The notes below the pieces were generated by a model, which was not told the origin of the DNA, did not search any database, and worked only from the letters and a program-made list of their open reading frames with translations. A stretch of DNA of 63,754 nt, counting the filler, from Polymyxa betae A26-41 (Eukaryota > Protista > Endomyxa: Phytomyxea), in NCBI GenBank assembly GCA_003693705.1. It is 8 parts of 8 records of this genome, joined end to end, with 100 filler letters (N's around TTAATTAATTAA, not from the genome) between each part and the next. Parts side by side here need not be neighbours in the genome. Positions count along the whole stretch, not along the records: positions 18,096 to 27,879 come from RBZT01000150.1; positions 27,980 to 35,528 come from RBZT01000331.1; positions 35,629 to 38,515 come from RBZT01000024.1; 5 more parts are not named here. One strand, written 5' to 3'. Shown piece after piece: positions 24,330-36,435 of this stretch (its first letter is position 1; every line of letters starts with the position of its first letter). The translations under genes were made by a program, and so were the position numbers.

Positions 24330-25296
24330 TTAAAGGATGAGCAGTCGGTAGTCCGAGAGTGCGTGAATAGCCTGACCAAAACGATACGCAGATGTTTTGA
24401 TATGGTCTTTCTTTGTAGAAACCTGTTTGTGGCTTCTAATCGAGTTGTGAAACCGATCAGCAAAACCTCGATAAAGAGCGAGGGATGACTGACTAAGGCG
24501 ACGCCTCAGCAGCTCATCGCTAGTCGCCACCTCTGTTTGAGATATTATCAAAATCGGCGATCTGAATAACAACGAACAACTCCCCCGGATTTCCTTCAGT
24601 AGATCGATATAGACGACTTTCTGATACAGCTCGAGCCAATACGATCTACTACGATATTCCACCGAGCTCCGGAGATATCCTGAGCCAGAATGTGCGGCAA
24701 TAGCAGCCAGAAGCCACTTTAAATCGACTTTGATAGCATTCAGATTATCACATGCGAACGCCACTTCAATTTTTCAGATACCTGGTAGCTGGGACCAGCA
24801 CGACCCGATAGTATAGACCGCGGCTTTGTCAACAATCAAAGTCGCGTGATTGAGTGCGGCGTGATCTCGATTTCGGGCCAACGCGTCATCCAGCCGGTCG
24901 TGCCCTCATCGCTTTCATGATTTCCATCCTGCAATCTTCAAATCGCTGGTAGCTCCGACGTTCTGAATTGGCAGCTGACCTATCTGGATTAGCATTTGAT
25001 ATGCGATCCCGCTCGCAGTTTCTGCGAGATCTTCTGTCCCCAGCGTCGTAGATGGTCTCATTGGCTTCAATGATTAGGTGCCTCAACCACATCGTTAGCA
25101 GGAGATGGCAGAGAGCTCCATGAGTGAGAAGACCCGACAGGCCGATAGAGGCCGATCTCGAATGGAAGTCGTTAACGCCGACACAATATCCCGACTCTCT
25201 CTAGCTGCCGCAGAGCCACGGAAGATTATGTCATGTCAGGGTTAATGAAATGCTAAAAATGCAGATTATGGAATTCGTGAAGCGAGCTCCTGTCAT
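24330..25296 (-). pseudogene. Possible decayed secreted helical protein
   Basis: Hydrophobic start MTGARFTNSIICIFSISLTL followed by frameshifted ORFs (24886-25092, 24330-24764). No recognisable domain. Confidence 0.3.
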
Positions 25297-25697
25297 GTAT
25301 CAATTGACTTCTCATACATTTCATACAATATTCTAAATTTTTTAATGTCTTCTATAAACTTTTTGCCCTGTTCTCGATGATGGTAGAACACTGGCCCTGG
25401 GGACATTAACTCGATGAATTTGGAGGGCTCCGGTCTATTTACAATCGCTGCTGTTCAACCATGGAACCCTATACCCTAACCCTAATCTGCACAGAGACAA
25501 CACGGAATTACATTCATAGAAGAAAACAGCCTGATGATTTTTGCAGGAATCTGCTGGTCGCGACAAGCAGTAAAGAATGGTGGATCGTCCAAAACCCCAA
25601 TCGGTATACCGATTGCTGCAACAGTTCGGTCTTCGTCGTTCTTTGCTGAAAAGTGCGGTGCAGTAGTAATGAACGATTCGTCCGCGATTGCATCAGC

Positions 25698-26002
25698 GTT
25701 CGACTCTAAATCAAAAAAAAAATGTTCGACTCTATAGTAATATACAGTGATCGAACACAGTTTTTGCCTCTTTATAGAGTCGAACATCCCTAGCAAATGG
25801 ACGAGGCGCTGTCCATCGGACTGACTTTTTTGACACTTTCAAACACATTCGCTGTTGCTCTTTTAAAACGAACCCGTTCATTGTTATCACCGGGCTCATG
25901 ATGACAACTGTTTAATGTTTTTGAGATATTATTACGTTCGTCACCTGTAAAAAAAATGAGCTTTTTTTAGATTCGAACATTTTTGTTCGATTCTAAAAAA
26001 AA
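25698..26002. repeat. Cluster of inverted GTTCGA(C/A/T)TCTA motifs
   Basis: Perfect 15-bp inverted repeat (25722-25736 / 25773-25787), an 18-bp inverted repeat with one mismatch (25962-26001), and an extra copy at 25698. Confidence 0.85.
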
Positions 26003-26117
26003 CATACCTGACAATCGTTGATGACGAAAAGTGGGAAAACGTTTCTTGTCCCAGGACCTCTCTTTTGATAGCAACCCGCTGCCGGGAAAACTCAGAATTT
26101 AGTAAACCTCTCTTCCA

Positions 26118-27339
26118 TTATACCCGCCGGTGTAGCCGACCAATGACGAACGCGCTTTCGTCTAGCGGGTTGGGCTTCGCAGAATGAGGTTTATATCCAT
26201 CTAACAATGGAATAAGGCGGAGTTTGTGGTTCTTCGTCCACGTCAGGTTCTGCGTGAGGGCATCGTGGCGAGTGCTGGAATCCGGAAATTTCCGGATACT
26301 GCGAAGCGCCAGAGCACCTTCACTCATCGTTTGGTCGCCAAGAGCTATGCAACGGGACCGTATTGAATCGACAGTACCGAGGAAAATCTCGATTTTGTCG
26401 GATTGGGAAGGGAAGGCGAGCGCGTCCATATGGGAATGCAGCTGCATAATGAGAGCTTCGCGCTGGTCGGTCTTGCCCGACCCATACTCGTTCTGGAGTC
26501 GATCCAGAGTTGCAAGGCCGTCATGCACGTTGTAGACTATGATAATACATTGTCCGTCAATTGGTCGGCAAGATAACCGAGAGTGTCCCGGTCTATGCTG
26601 TGGAAGAATTTAAATTCGTGCTATTGCAGGCACAAATAATGTCCATGGTTGCTGTTGGGCACGAAAATTCGCCCAGGGCGTAACGGTCCAGATTGTGTTG
26701 TCTGAGCCGGTTCAGAACCCTGGCTTCCCAAGTAGTGAAGTTCTCGAGGCCGCTTAGGCGCTCGAAAGGAGGTAGTGGTTTCGGCATCCGTAATTGCTGG
26801 AATCCCGTGACTGAATCGTCCCTGGGAGAGTTCGTCACCGATGAATTATCAGTGGAGGATCCGGCTGTGCGTGCCAGTCCTTGTCCGAAAGTCATAGTCG
26901 AAGAGGTAGCGTCGGGCGTTGTCTGCTCGGATGGGCGAGGAGGAGTTCCAAAGTCTCGTTGGCGAGTCCGGAAGTGGTCGTGGAATGATTGCCGTTTGAC
27001 GTATCGTCGGACTGCGGAGTAGCGTTGATAGAGGGCTCCATAACCTGTTGAAGTCGTAAGATCGAATTGTCTTAGAAACCCTACTAAAGGAGATGTAACA
27101 GTAATGTGGTGAAATGAGGTGTGTCCAATCCCTTTATCAGATCCGAAACGAGAGGTGAAATCCAAGACCCGGATGAGACAAGTGAATCATGCAGATTCCG
27201 GAAGTGTTTCATCAACCTTCTCATCAATGGATCCTGATAATCTAATCCAACAGATTCATTATAATCCAATGAGTTGTCGCTTTCTGTCTACTTGTGGGTT
27301 TGAGTGGGAGTGGTTGGTCTTGGTGGCTCACACTTAACA
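26118..27339 (-). mobile_element. Ty1/Copia 5' part: LTR (27046-27339), PBS (27033-27045) and decayed gag
   Basis: LTR TGTT...AACA followed directly by GGTTATGGAGCCC. gag-like RLSGLENFTTWEARV...LDRLQNEYG. Confidence 0.82.
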
Positions 27340-27879
27340 CCCGGCCGGCGGCTACGATCGAGAGACGTAGGAGCGGGTACGGCGCCGGGCAGGAGCTGGG
27401 CACGCGACATCGTTCCCCTGCGGAATGGATGAAGGGTGTGCAATATCGACTTCGCCAAGACGCTTCCAATAATCTGTGATACACTGCGTATCGAAAAAGT
27501 GCGTATAAGGCTCCCACGACTCCGTCTTCTTGGTTTTTCCACTTCACTAGATACTCTCTGTGGCCTGGAGGGCCGCGATGTGCCAAGATCGTCTCGACGA
27601 TATACGAATCCGGCTCCAGGGCCGCATCTCTTGCGACGAGCTTCAACATGGAGGGCACCACAGCTCGTGGCAGAGCTGACCCTGATTTTCGGGTCGGATA
27701 CCGGTAGAAGGTTGGTACCCAACCCGAACGGTACCGATCGGAACCCTACGGAGCAGGGGGTCGACGTGGTGTACTACAAAGGCTGACCGAAGATTTTTCA
27801 ATCGACGAAAACTTGTAATCGATTCCATAGAATCGAGAGCCCGTCAAATGTCAGGGGAACTGTCATGAATCTGCGCTAC
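27340..27879 (-). mobile_element. Chromovirus (Ty3/Gypsy) 3' end: chromodomain, PPT and start of the 3' LTR
   Basis: YIVETILAHRGPPGHREYLVKWK. Purine-rich AGGGGAACGA then TGTCGCG starting at 27409. Confidence 0.8.
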
Positions 27880-27979
27880 NNNNNNNNNNNNNNNNNNNNN
27901 NNNNNNNNNNNNNNNNNNNNNNNTTAATTAATTAANNNNNNNNNNNNNNNNNNNNNNNNNNNNNNNNNNNNNNNNNNNN
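27880..27979. other. Artificial assembly linker
   Basis: N-run with TTAATTAATTAA. Confidence 0.99.
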
Positions 27980-30130
27980 GTCCTACTGGGGGTTTGGGAG
28001 GTGGAGGTCTAGGAGGTGGCCTGTACAACAACAACGGTCCTAATGGGGGTTTGGGAGGTGGAGGTCTGGGAGGTGGACTGTACAACAACAAGGGTCCTAA
28101 TGGGGGTTTGGGAGGTGGGCTATACAGCAACAACGGCCCTGATGGGGGTTTGGGAGGTGGAGGTCTGGGAGGTGGACTGTACAACAACAACGGTCCTAAT
28201 GGGGGTTTGGGAGGTGGAGGTCTGGGAGGTGGACTGTACAACAACAAGGGTCCTAATGGGGGTTTGGGAGGTGGGCTATACAGCAACAACGGCCCTGATG
28301 GGGGTTTGGGAGGTGGAGGTCTGGGAGGTGGACTGTACAACACCAACGGCCCTGATGGGGGTTTGGGAGGTGGAGGTCTGGGAGGTGGAGGTCTGGGAGG
28401 TGGACTGTACAACAATAACGGCCCTCTTGGCGTAAATTTGAACGGCAACAACGGCCCCCATGGCGGCGACAACGGCCCCCATGGCGGCGACGACGGCCCC
28501 CATGGCGGCGACGACGGCCCCCATGGCGGCGACGACGGCCCCCATGGGGGCGACAACGGCCCCAATGGTGGCGACAACGGCCCCAATGGTGGCGACAACG
28601 GCCCCAATGGTGGCGACAACGGCCCCAATGGTGGCGACAACGGCCCCAATGGCGGGGACAACGGCCCCCTTAGCCCCGAACGGACTCCGTTGATGCTACT
28701 ATAATCATTAAATATACCATATAAAGGATTTGATACTCGAAATATTGTAGTCATGAATTGTTCAAAAACGGATAGTTTTTGGCTGTTTGGAAAGTCAGTG
28801 ACAAGAGCGAGAACGTTTTTTAACTTTTTTACTGAAAACCGCTTTGCCCGTAATGGTGGGGCTCCAAACCCTTGCATGGTATATTATAGCAGGCCTTGTT
28901 AAAATAATATTGGTAATCTATTTATAGTTACCAACTTTTCCAAAATTTAACAAAAATTACCAAAATAACCGGAAATGTTGATAGTGAACAGGCAGAATTG
29001 CGGCACATTGTTTTAAAACCAGCATTTCGAGGCATTTCTGATCATGCCTAGCGCTGCTGTCACTTTGCAGGCCAGTCGAACTCCGTTCCAGTGTAAGCAT
29101 CAATTGCAATAAGGCTTGATGGTTATGCATGTTGATCTCTTCTCCAAGCGAGTCCTCTCTGTCCGATGCCAATTTTGCGTCTTTTTATTAGAAAGGAAGA
29201 AACTATAGGCGTGAAACGGAAGCGTCAACAAACAAATTGAGGACGTGAAGACGTGGGAGACATTTGGCCTGAACTTTATGCCAAACATCACTTGGGCCAA
29301 CGCCGATCCCAGTAGGATATTTATCAAACACTAGAAGCCGAGACACAGAAGAAAGTTTTTTTAGAACGTATCGCCTTTTGCAGTGACTATCCACTCTCAT
29401 TTCGGAAAATCAGATGAAGGTTTGGTGCCTTTCGATCTTTTGCAGGCTCGTTTACATCTATATTCCCAAACACATCGTCTGTAGAGTCTGACTTTTCCGT
29501 TTTGGGTTGGAAAAAGGACGAATTCCGCAGCTCCACTTAGCAGATTTATCTGGAAGGTGTCATGCAATCCAAGCAATCTGCTGTTACTCAGAGCATAATC
29601 TGAACAATCATCTTAGAATCTCGATTTGGTTCCATTTTCAACGGTTTTCTGAATAAATACCAACATTACCATCATTAAGGCTGAAATATGCCAATATTAG
29701 CATATTTTTCTATAAATTGGTACATACTGTACCAATTTGTAACAAGGCCTATCCCATGTATGGAAAATCAGTATGGGATGCGATTTTTGCGTCAAAACCC
29801 CGTAGGTGGTATAAATGGTATACAATGCATACCGTTCGGGGTTAGCGGAAGCTTGTATAACAACAACAGCCCTCTCGGCGGAAGCTTGAATGGCGACAAT
29901 GGTCCCATTATTAACGGAAAATTGGATAACAACAACGACCCCCAAGGCGGAAGCTTCATTGGCGACAACGGCCCTCTTATCGGAAAATTGTATAACAACA
30001 ATGGTCCCCATGGCGGAAGCTTCATTGGCGACAACGGCCGCCTTAGCGCAAGCTTGTATAACCGCAACGGCCCCAAAACGGAAGCTTAAATGGCAACAAC
30101 GGCCCGATAAGAGGCGAAATCGACCAATAA
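27980..30130 (+). pseudogene. Gly/Asn-rich tandem-repeat protein (5' end lost in the gap), interrupted by a DNA transposon
   Basis: GLGGGGLGGGLYNNNGPNG repeats, then 21-bp NGP(H/N)GGD repeats, then 10-aa GSLYNNNGP/GSFIGDNGP repeats after 29845. A further 1-nt frameshift near 30075. Confidence 0.75.
28674..29841 (+). mobile_element. Non-autonomous DNA transposon with a hAT-like transposase C-terminal remnant
   Basis: Perfect 10-bp TIRs CCCCGAACGG / CCGTTCGGGG. TTAG is duplicated on both sides. Remnant SIFPNTSSVESDFSVLGWKKDEFRSS...LEGVMQSKQ at about 29430-29580. Confidence 0.88.
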
Positions 30131-32499
30131 ATCGACACAAGAACCCTGTTATCGCGCTGGATTGGATTTGTTTGCTGGACTTGATATCAAGGCAATGCAA
30201 TCTCCATCTGTTCGAAATGTACCCATTGTCATTGATGGTTACAAATATGTTTATCATTCTACCTATAGTAATGGCCTGCAATATTACAGATGTAGCCAAT
30301 GGGGTAAAACCAGAAAACGGTCCTAATTCATTTCTTGCTGCAATTCTTATCCATCCAGAACGGAATGTCGATCAAGGGCCTTTATTGTCGTGATTGCACC
30401 ACCGAAATTTCTGTCAAAGTCATCGACTTCACTGAAGTGAGTAATGTCGATCTTGATACGCGATATCAGCTGATGTAAGAATTAATTTTATGTTTCGGTT
30501 TATATTCATCTTACTGTAGATGAAAAATTTAACCGACAATCTGGCAAGTTTTCAACGGTCGATGACTGCGTTATCAATCTGGATTTAAATTAGGAACGCT
30601 ATTCGTTTCAAATTCGAGACAACGCCGCATATAATGACAAAAGCAGAGGTAATCGCACGTGTTGAAAATCAGCGTCATGGAGGGCGCAGAACTGATAGGC
30701 TTCAAGATATTGAATTCCCTAATTTGGCCTTTCAACAAATGGAATGACTTTATTCTTGTGTTTCAACGCACCGATCTACGATCTTTCGTCAGGAACCGTT
30801 CAACACCGTCTTCTCTAGGATGGTCACACGCGCCGGCCTGCGCCGAATCTTCGATATCCGGGAGTACACCTGTTTATCGATGCAACATTCAAAGTTGCTC
30901 CACAACCATTTAAGCAGCTTTTAGTGATCATGGCAAAGGATGCATGCACAGCCAGTGATATGTATATTCCTGTACAGAGTATTCCACATCCTCGTGATCA
31001 ATAAGTCTGCATTTCTTTACCAGTTTGCGCTCAACCTTTGCTCTCTGTTGATGGGAGCTGTATTAAAGTCTCGACGGTCGCTTGCGATTTCGAGAAAGGT
31101 TTACTCCAAGCAATCAAAAGTTAGCGGTCTTTATCGAAGACTTGAAAAAAAATGCCTGATTTACCACCTGGCGCCACCAAATGGCGATCATTGATATTGA
31201 CTCGCGTTTTTAGGTGTTGAGTGTACAAACTGCTACCAAGATTATGGAATCCCAGGACGATGTTCTAGCGCATCCAATGGACATTCTGGCACAATCGGAT
31301 AGCGAAATTAATTCCAATGAAAGCGTTGAATTGTGGCATGACAATGGCTTCAAGAATAATCAGGGTTGCACACAACTACGCCAAGGCAAAGACGGCGTTC
31401 GTGAACCGACCAGTGTTCTTCAAGTGGGTGTTTGGAAATCAGGCGCTCATTATCGGGTGTCTGTTTCACTGGAAAAACAGGCTAACCGTAGGCAATTTTT
31501 CAGCCTGCAGACTTCTGACGATACCATCAGAAGACTGATGAGGCCAGGTGTAATCGACGTCCTAACCGTTAATTCGCATCTAGGTGGGTGGACTCAACTG
31601 CATTAATGGACCATTAGAAGGCGACCTCGGTCTCTACTCCCCAGTAGCAAGCCCTATTTTTATCTATCTAATACAAACTTCAAAATGCATAATACCGTTC
31701 GTTCCCGCCCGACTTTTTCGTCAAGCTCGCACCATTGTCTTATCTGTAATTAAACTTGTCACATATTCTTTGTTGAAGGTTGATAGATGTAACAATGTGA
31801 ATGCGTACGACATTTCAATATGGCGATGTGACAATGACAATCGTTTTCGTTTTGATGCTGGCAACTTCGATGCTGTTGGCATCGTCCGACGACCAGCTCG
31901 TTTCGGTGCCTTCTTGTTCGGCATATTCGCCTATCTCTACATGCTCGCTTTGCGATCCGGTCGAGATGAACCAGGTTTGAGGTGCTAGTTTTTTAAAAAA
32001 GAATCGGATATCAGATCGACGTAGATGTCCTGCAAAGAAGGCGGATTCCATCAGCTTTATCAATGTCTGTCCGATGGTGAAGAGCAATTCTATTTGCCTT
32101 GCCAGCTTAATCATGACTCGCGATCATTCTGGATATTTCAGGTCATTTCAGAAGACAAACGGTGAATTGTTCATACTGATTTTTTTTCTAGGGCGCGATG
32201 TTTCTCTTGTTCGCCATTTCGCTGATGGGTATAGTTTATCGAAAACGTCACGCACGAGCTGGGTATGAACGATTAAGGCAAAACGACTAATACAAAGCTG
32301 TAACTTTGTTATTGTTCGAGATGATGCCGACGGCCCTAAAGCCTAGAATTATTATATCTTGCGAAGCCGAAGAATATTGAGAGGGGCATTGGAGAAACTA
32401 TTTATTAATCATATATGATGGAGGTTTGAATGAAGTACAGTGTTGAATTATTCGTCCTTAAATAACAGTTCTGTATTTCAACTACAAATATTGCGACTT

Positions 32500-33633
32500 T
32501 CACATCAGACCACCTTCTCTTAAGCTCTTTCTGATGATGATATCCTTGACAGCATTGAAGACATGGGCAATATTATTAGTATCAGTGGCACATGTCACAT
32601 GCGAGTAAACTTCCTTCTCAGGCGCCTGGTTTTTGCTGCGGAACATCTCTTCCAAGAAAGATGAAGCAGTTTCGAAGTCGTTTGGCCCTGGAAACTCAGG
32701 GAAACACACAGTGAGAGGAACTTTCTGAATCTTGTTCGAGAACAAATCGCGTTTGTTCAAGAACAGAATCATGGAGGTATCTCGGAACCAGCGCGAATTG
32801 CAGATTTCGTCAAACAGATTGAGAGCTTCTGTCATACGATTCGTAGTCTCATCTTCATACAGCACCTGATCGTATTCGCTCATAGCTGCGACGAAAATGA
32901 CAGCAGTAACATTCTCGAAGCAGTGAACTGCAAGGAGAGATCAGAACTATCCAGAGGAGAGAAGACGATCAATCTTACTCCATTTTTTACGTTCGTTTCG
33001 CTGACCACCGACATCGAACATTTTGAATCGGTTCGATTCGATGATAAACTCGGTTTCGACAATACCAGTCGTTCGTACACGCGATCGAAGCACGTCTTGT
33101 TCATCAGGAATATATCCAGGTGCCGAAATAACCATGATTCGCTCAAAGAAGTAGGCGGCCGAATCCGGCAGCTGAAATTTGCTTCGATTCTCGTAGGCGT
33201 TCTGGATCCCCTTGTCCGCCCAAAGAGATTTGATATGGTTGGCGACGGTCGCGTCAATATCAATCTCTGTCTTGCATTGATCGATGAAATTTTTGGCTTC
33301 TTGAGCCTCAGGACGGATTCGGGTGTCCAAAGCCGCATCGAGCTCGTCGGAATACTTGACCAGGATTTTCATGGCCGATATGGTGTTGTTAAAGACGATA
33401 TGGGTATAGCTCTTTCTATCCTCTTCGCTATATCCTTTGCCGTACAATGTGATCATCTGCTTGAAAAGCGTCGATTTGCCGGATTCTCCTGCTCCCAGCA
33501 GCAGAAGCTTTTTAATGGACTGGTCAGCGAGCTGCTCCTCAGCATTTTGCTCTTCGATCTTCTTCGACTGCGCCTTCTCGTTGTTCTCTTGGGCCCGATT
33601 CTCAGACGACCCCTGAGACATACAATTGCCCAT
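32500..33633 (-). CDS. Heterotrimeric G-protein alpha subunit, 360 aa; intron 32928-32978
   Basis: MGNC lipidation site, [32 protein letters not shown] 51-nt GT-AG intron restores KKWIHCFE. Confidence 0.98.
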
Positions 33634-34336
33634 CTCGTGGCGATAATATCGTAGTACAGGAAAGCGATGATGAGCGACAGAACTGCTCGGCACACAGGAG
33701 TGGCAGTACCCTAGAAGGTACAGATCACAGACCGGCAGCCTACCCCAGAAAGTCACAGATGTGACGAAAACAAGAAAGCCAAACTAAGGAATGTCAGCTG
33801 ATAGATCGGGGGGTTTGCAGAAAAATCGTTATCGTCGCAGTTCTCCGGTTCGAACGTCCAGTTAACAAGCCCTACTGCCCTACAGTCCGTTAAGTAGCTG
33901 GATGACGAGTATATAGTGAATGGTTTAGTGTACCAAGGTATACATAGTTTGATCAGGAAACCCGATTCACAACAAGCAGCGACTACCCGTTTCCAATGGC
34001 AATCGAACCGACCAATCTGTACATATCAATTCGAATACCATGGTGGAGACCTACGCTGTATGAGGGGTTTTGGATCGACGATCGTACATGTAGGGAGTTG
34101 CCGAGTTGGTGTAATCATGGATGAGTTAATGATGAGCAATCAGAAATGGTTTTCATGGTCAAATGTAGGATTCTAGCTTTATATTATTATACACAACAAT
34201 CAGCGTCTATAATTAGACGGAATTTCACAACAAAACGCTTCCCAGTCCTGATGTCGCTCTGCGAAACAATGCACTGATAGAATGCATTTAATTGTGCGGC
34301 TTCTTTGCATGAACTTGACGAATAATTTCACTCTTA

Positions 34337-35330
34337 CTAAACCCATCTTTTCTGAAACAAAATTATTAGGAAATGAAAGGACAATGTTAAACGAGCCAAC
34401 CCTGGTCTGCCGAAATGAAAATCATCATTGGCCATTTCCAAGCCATGAAGCTCCTTTTCGATTCGTTCTATGGCTGCTTCTCTTTCTTCGATTTTCTTGT
34501 TGATCTGTGAAAGCGATTCTTCGGAAAGCAGCAACGCTTCGATATCTTCTTGTTTATAATGTTGGGCGTTTCTTAAGATACTCGAAACTTTGCCAGGTAG
34601 CAACGATGCTTTGGTTTGAATATGATCCATTTGAGGTGTGCAAGACTTGCCAGATGTAGAATGAGCTTCTGACTCCCCAGAACGACTTGACAGCAACGAG
34701 CCGACTCCAGAAGAATCATAATGAGTCTTAACTCTACGAGGAAGCTGACATTGCTGTAACAGCTTAGAAACTTTGTGATCGCCAGGAGTGGTTGGGAAAA
34801 ATTCCAGGTATATGACGAAATTATTTGTCTGCGCTATTGGTTTCTGAAGCCCGAAATTTTTCGACAGAAAAGCCAACAGTTTGGGGGAGGGTTTGTCGTA
34901 AGCTATCTGAGCGGGTGACGAGACGTTCTCCTGCCGCAGCATCTTATCAAAGAGCTTGTATCCGATCCCGCGTCGCTGCAATGACTCCGAAATATAGAAA
35001 TCCAAACAGCACAAAGGTTGCATCTCATGCAATTTTGTATCAGCATCGTATAAATAAAGTTTGCGTTTTCCAACGCGAAGGAATCCTACAAAAGACTGAT
35101 CCAATCTACAATTGCGTGAATATTCTTGGAAGGTTCAAAAATTATTTCAGGTACCCTTGACGGAAAAGATAGACGCGATCCCCAGAGCTTTGCAACTTTC
35201 CAACAGCCGTTATAGCAGTGGTTAAACCCTGTGCTTTTGCTGATAGCTCCCCGAGGGTGGTGATTGCCCGTGAAACATAGGGATCGAGATTCGAGCCCGT
35301 CACGACAACGATCTCTGCTTCATTCGTCAT
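34337..35330 (-). CDS. ATAT1: Alpha-tubulin N-acetyltransferase (MEC-17 family); intron 35106-35154
   Basis: LGELSAKAQGL, GFLRVGKRKLYL, CCLDFYISESLQRRGIG, AYDKPSPKLLAFL, QTNNFV. The 3' end may include another intron. Confidence 0.95.
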
Positions 35331-35528
35331 GACGATTACTTTATAGGCAATAGACTAAGAGTCTTCACCTTACAATTGACAGCTGTACGCCCTGACGTTT
35401 CACTTCCAGTTTCAGTCTGAGTCTGACAGGGTTGGGGGTCGCGCAATCCAGCTTCCCCTCTTATCTCGATTTCATCCATTTCTAATCAGATCGTTCTCAT
35501 TCGTGTCAGGATGTGAAAAGTCGACATC

Positions 35529-35628
35529 NNNNNNNNNNNNNNNNNNNNNNNNNNNNNNNNNNNNNNNNNNNNTTAATTAATTAANNNNNNNNNNNNNNNN
35601 NNNNNNNNNNNNNNNNNNNNNNNNNNNN
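35529..35628. other. Artificial assembly linker
   Basis: N-run with TTAATTAATTAA. Confidence 0.99.
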
Positions 35629-35884
35629 TTTCTACTTTTCAAAAGTTTCTTTTTTTGGAAAGTTTCTACTTTTCAAAAGTTTCTTCTTTTTCAAAAAATT
35701 TGTCTTTTTTTTATCTGTTTTTCATTTTTTAATTGTTTTGAATTTTTGGAATTCTGAAAATCTCTCCTTTTTTTTTAAATTTCGTCTTTTTTCTTGTGTT
35801 ACGTTGCTGGAATTCTTTCAATTTCAGCGTAGTTTCGTGGAGATTTTCCTCTTGATTCTCTGTGTCCGAATGATCTCTGTTCAG

Positions 35885-36435
35885 GTTTTCGTCGTACACG
35901 GCGGTCTGACCACCCGATCTAATATCAGCATCTCCGAACTCAACACTCGCATCAATCGTCGGCAGCAGCCGTCCGCTTCCGGACCCAGCGCGATCATGTT
36001 CGATCTGCTCTGGTCAGATCCGCAAAATGAGCACGGCGTCCGCCCATCGAATCGTGGCTCCCGAGTCAAGAACTTCGGCCCGGATATCACCGAATCGTTC
36101 CTCATGACAAACAACGTCAAACTGATCGTCCGATCACATCAGACCATCGATCAGGGATACGAAGTCACACACGACGGACGCGTTGTAACCGTGTTCTCGG
36201 CTCCGAACTGTAACGCCAACAGTCGTACTGGATCGTGTTGTCTGAAGTGTGGTCGTCTGTAGATTGCGGAATCGAGAACCTGGCCGCGTACCTCTTGTTC
36301 GATCATGATCTGCGTGCGATCGCCTGCCAATTTAAGGCCGTGGTAGGGTTTGGCGGATTGTTCGGGGTTCTTGGCGCTGATTTTTGGCTTCAGGATCCTC
36401 CAGCGTCAAATCGATCAAATGAACATAAACCTTAG
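35885..36435 (+). CDS. PPP-family (PP5-like) Ser/Thr phosphatase, 3' exons only
   Basis: HGGL, DLLWSDP, RG...FGPDIT, VRSHQ. Intron 36210-36262 restores SAPNYC. Probable second intron at 36343-36393. Confidence 0.92.

Noticed and set aside
27924-28877. Extensin-like SPPP ORF on the minus strand
   Set aside because: It is the antisense shadow of the Gly-rich repeat and its start lies inside the transposon insert. The strand is not formally proven.
30400-32270. Short ORFs with an intron-like segment (also at 60700-61910)
   Set aside because: No recognisable domain or consistent gene model; left unannotated.
32923-33654. 243-aa plus-strand ORF
   Set aside because: Antisense shadow of the G-alpha gene.
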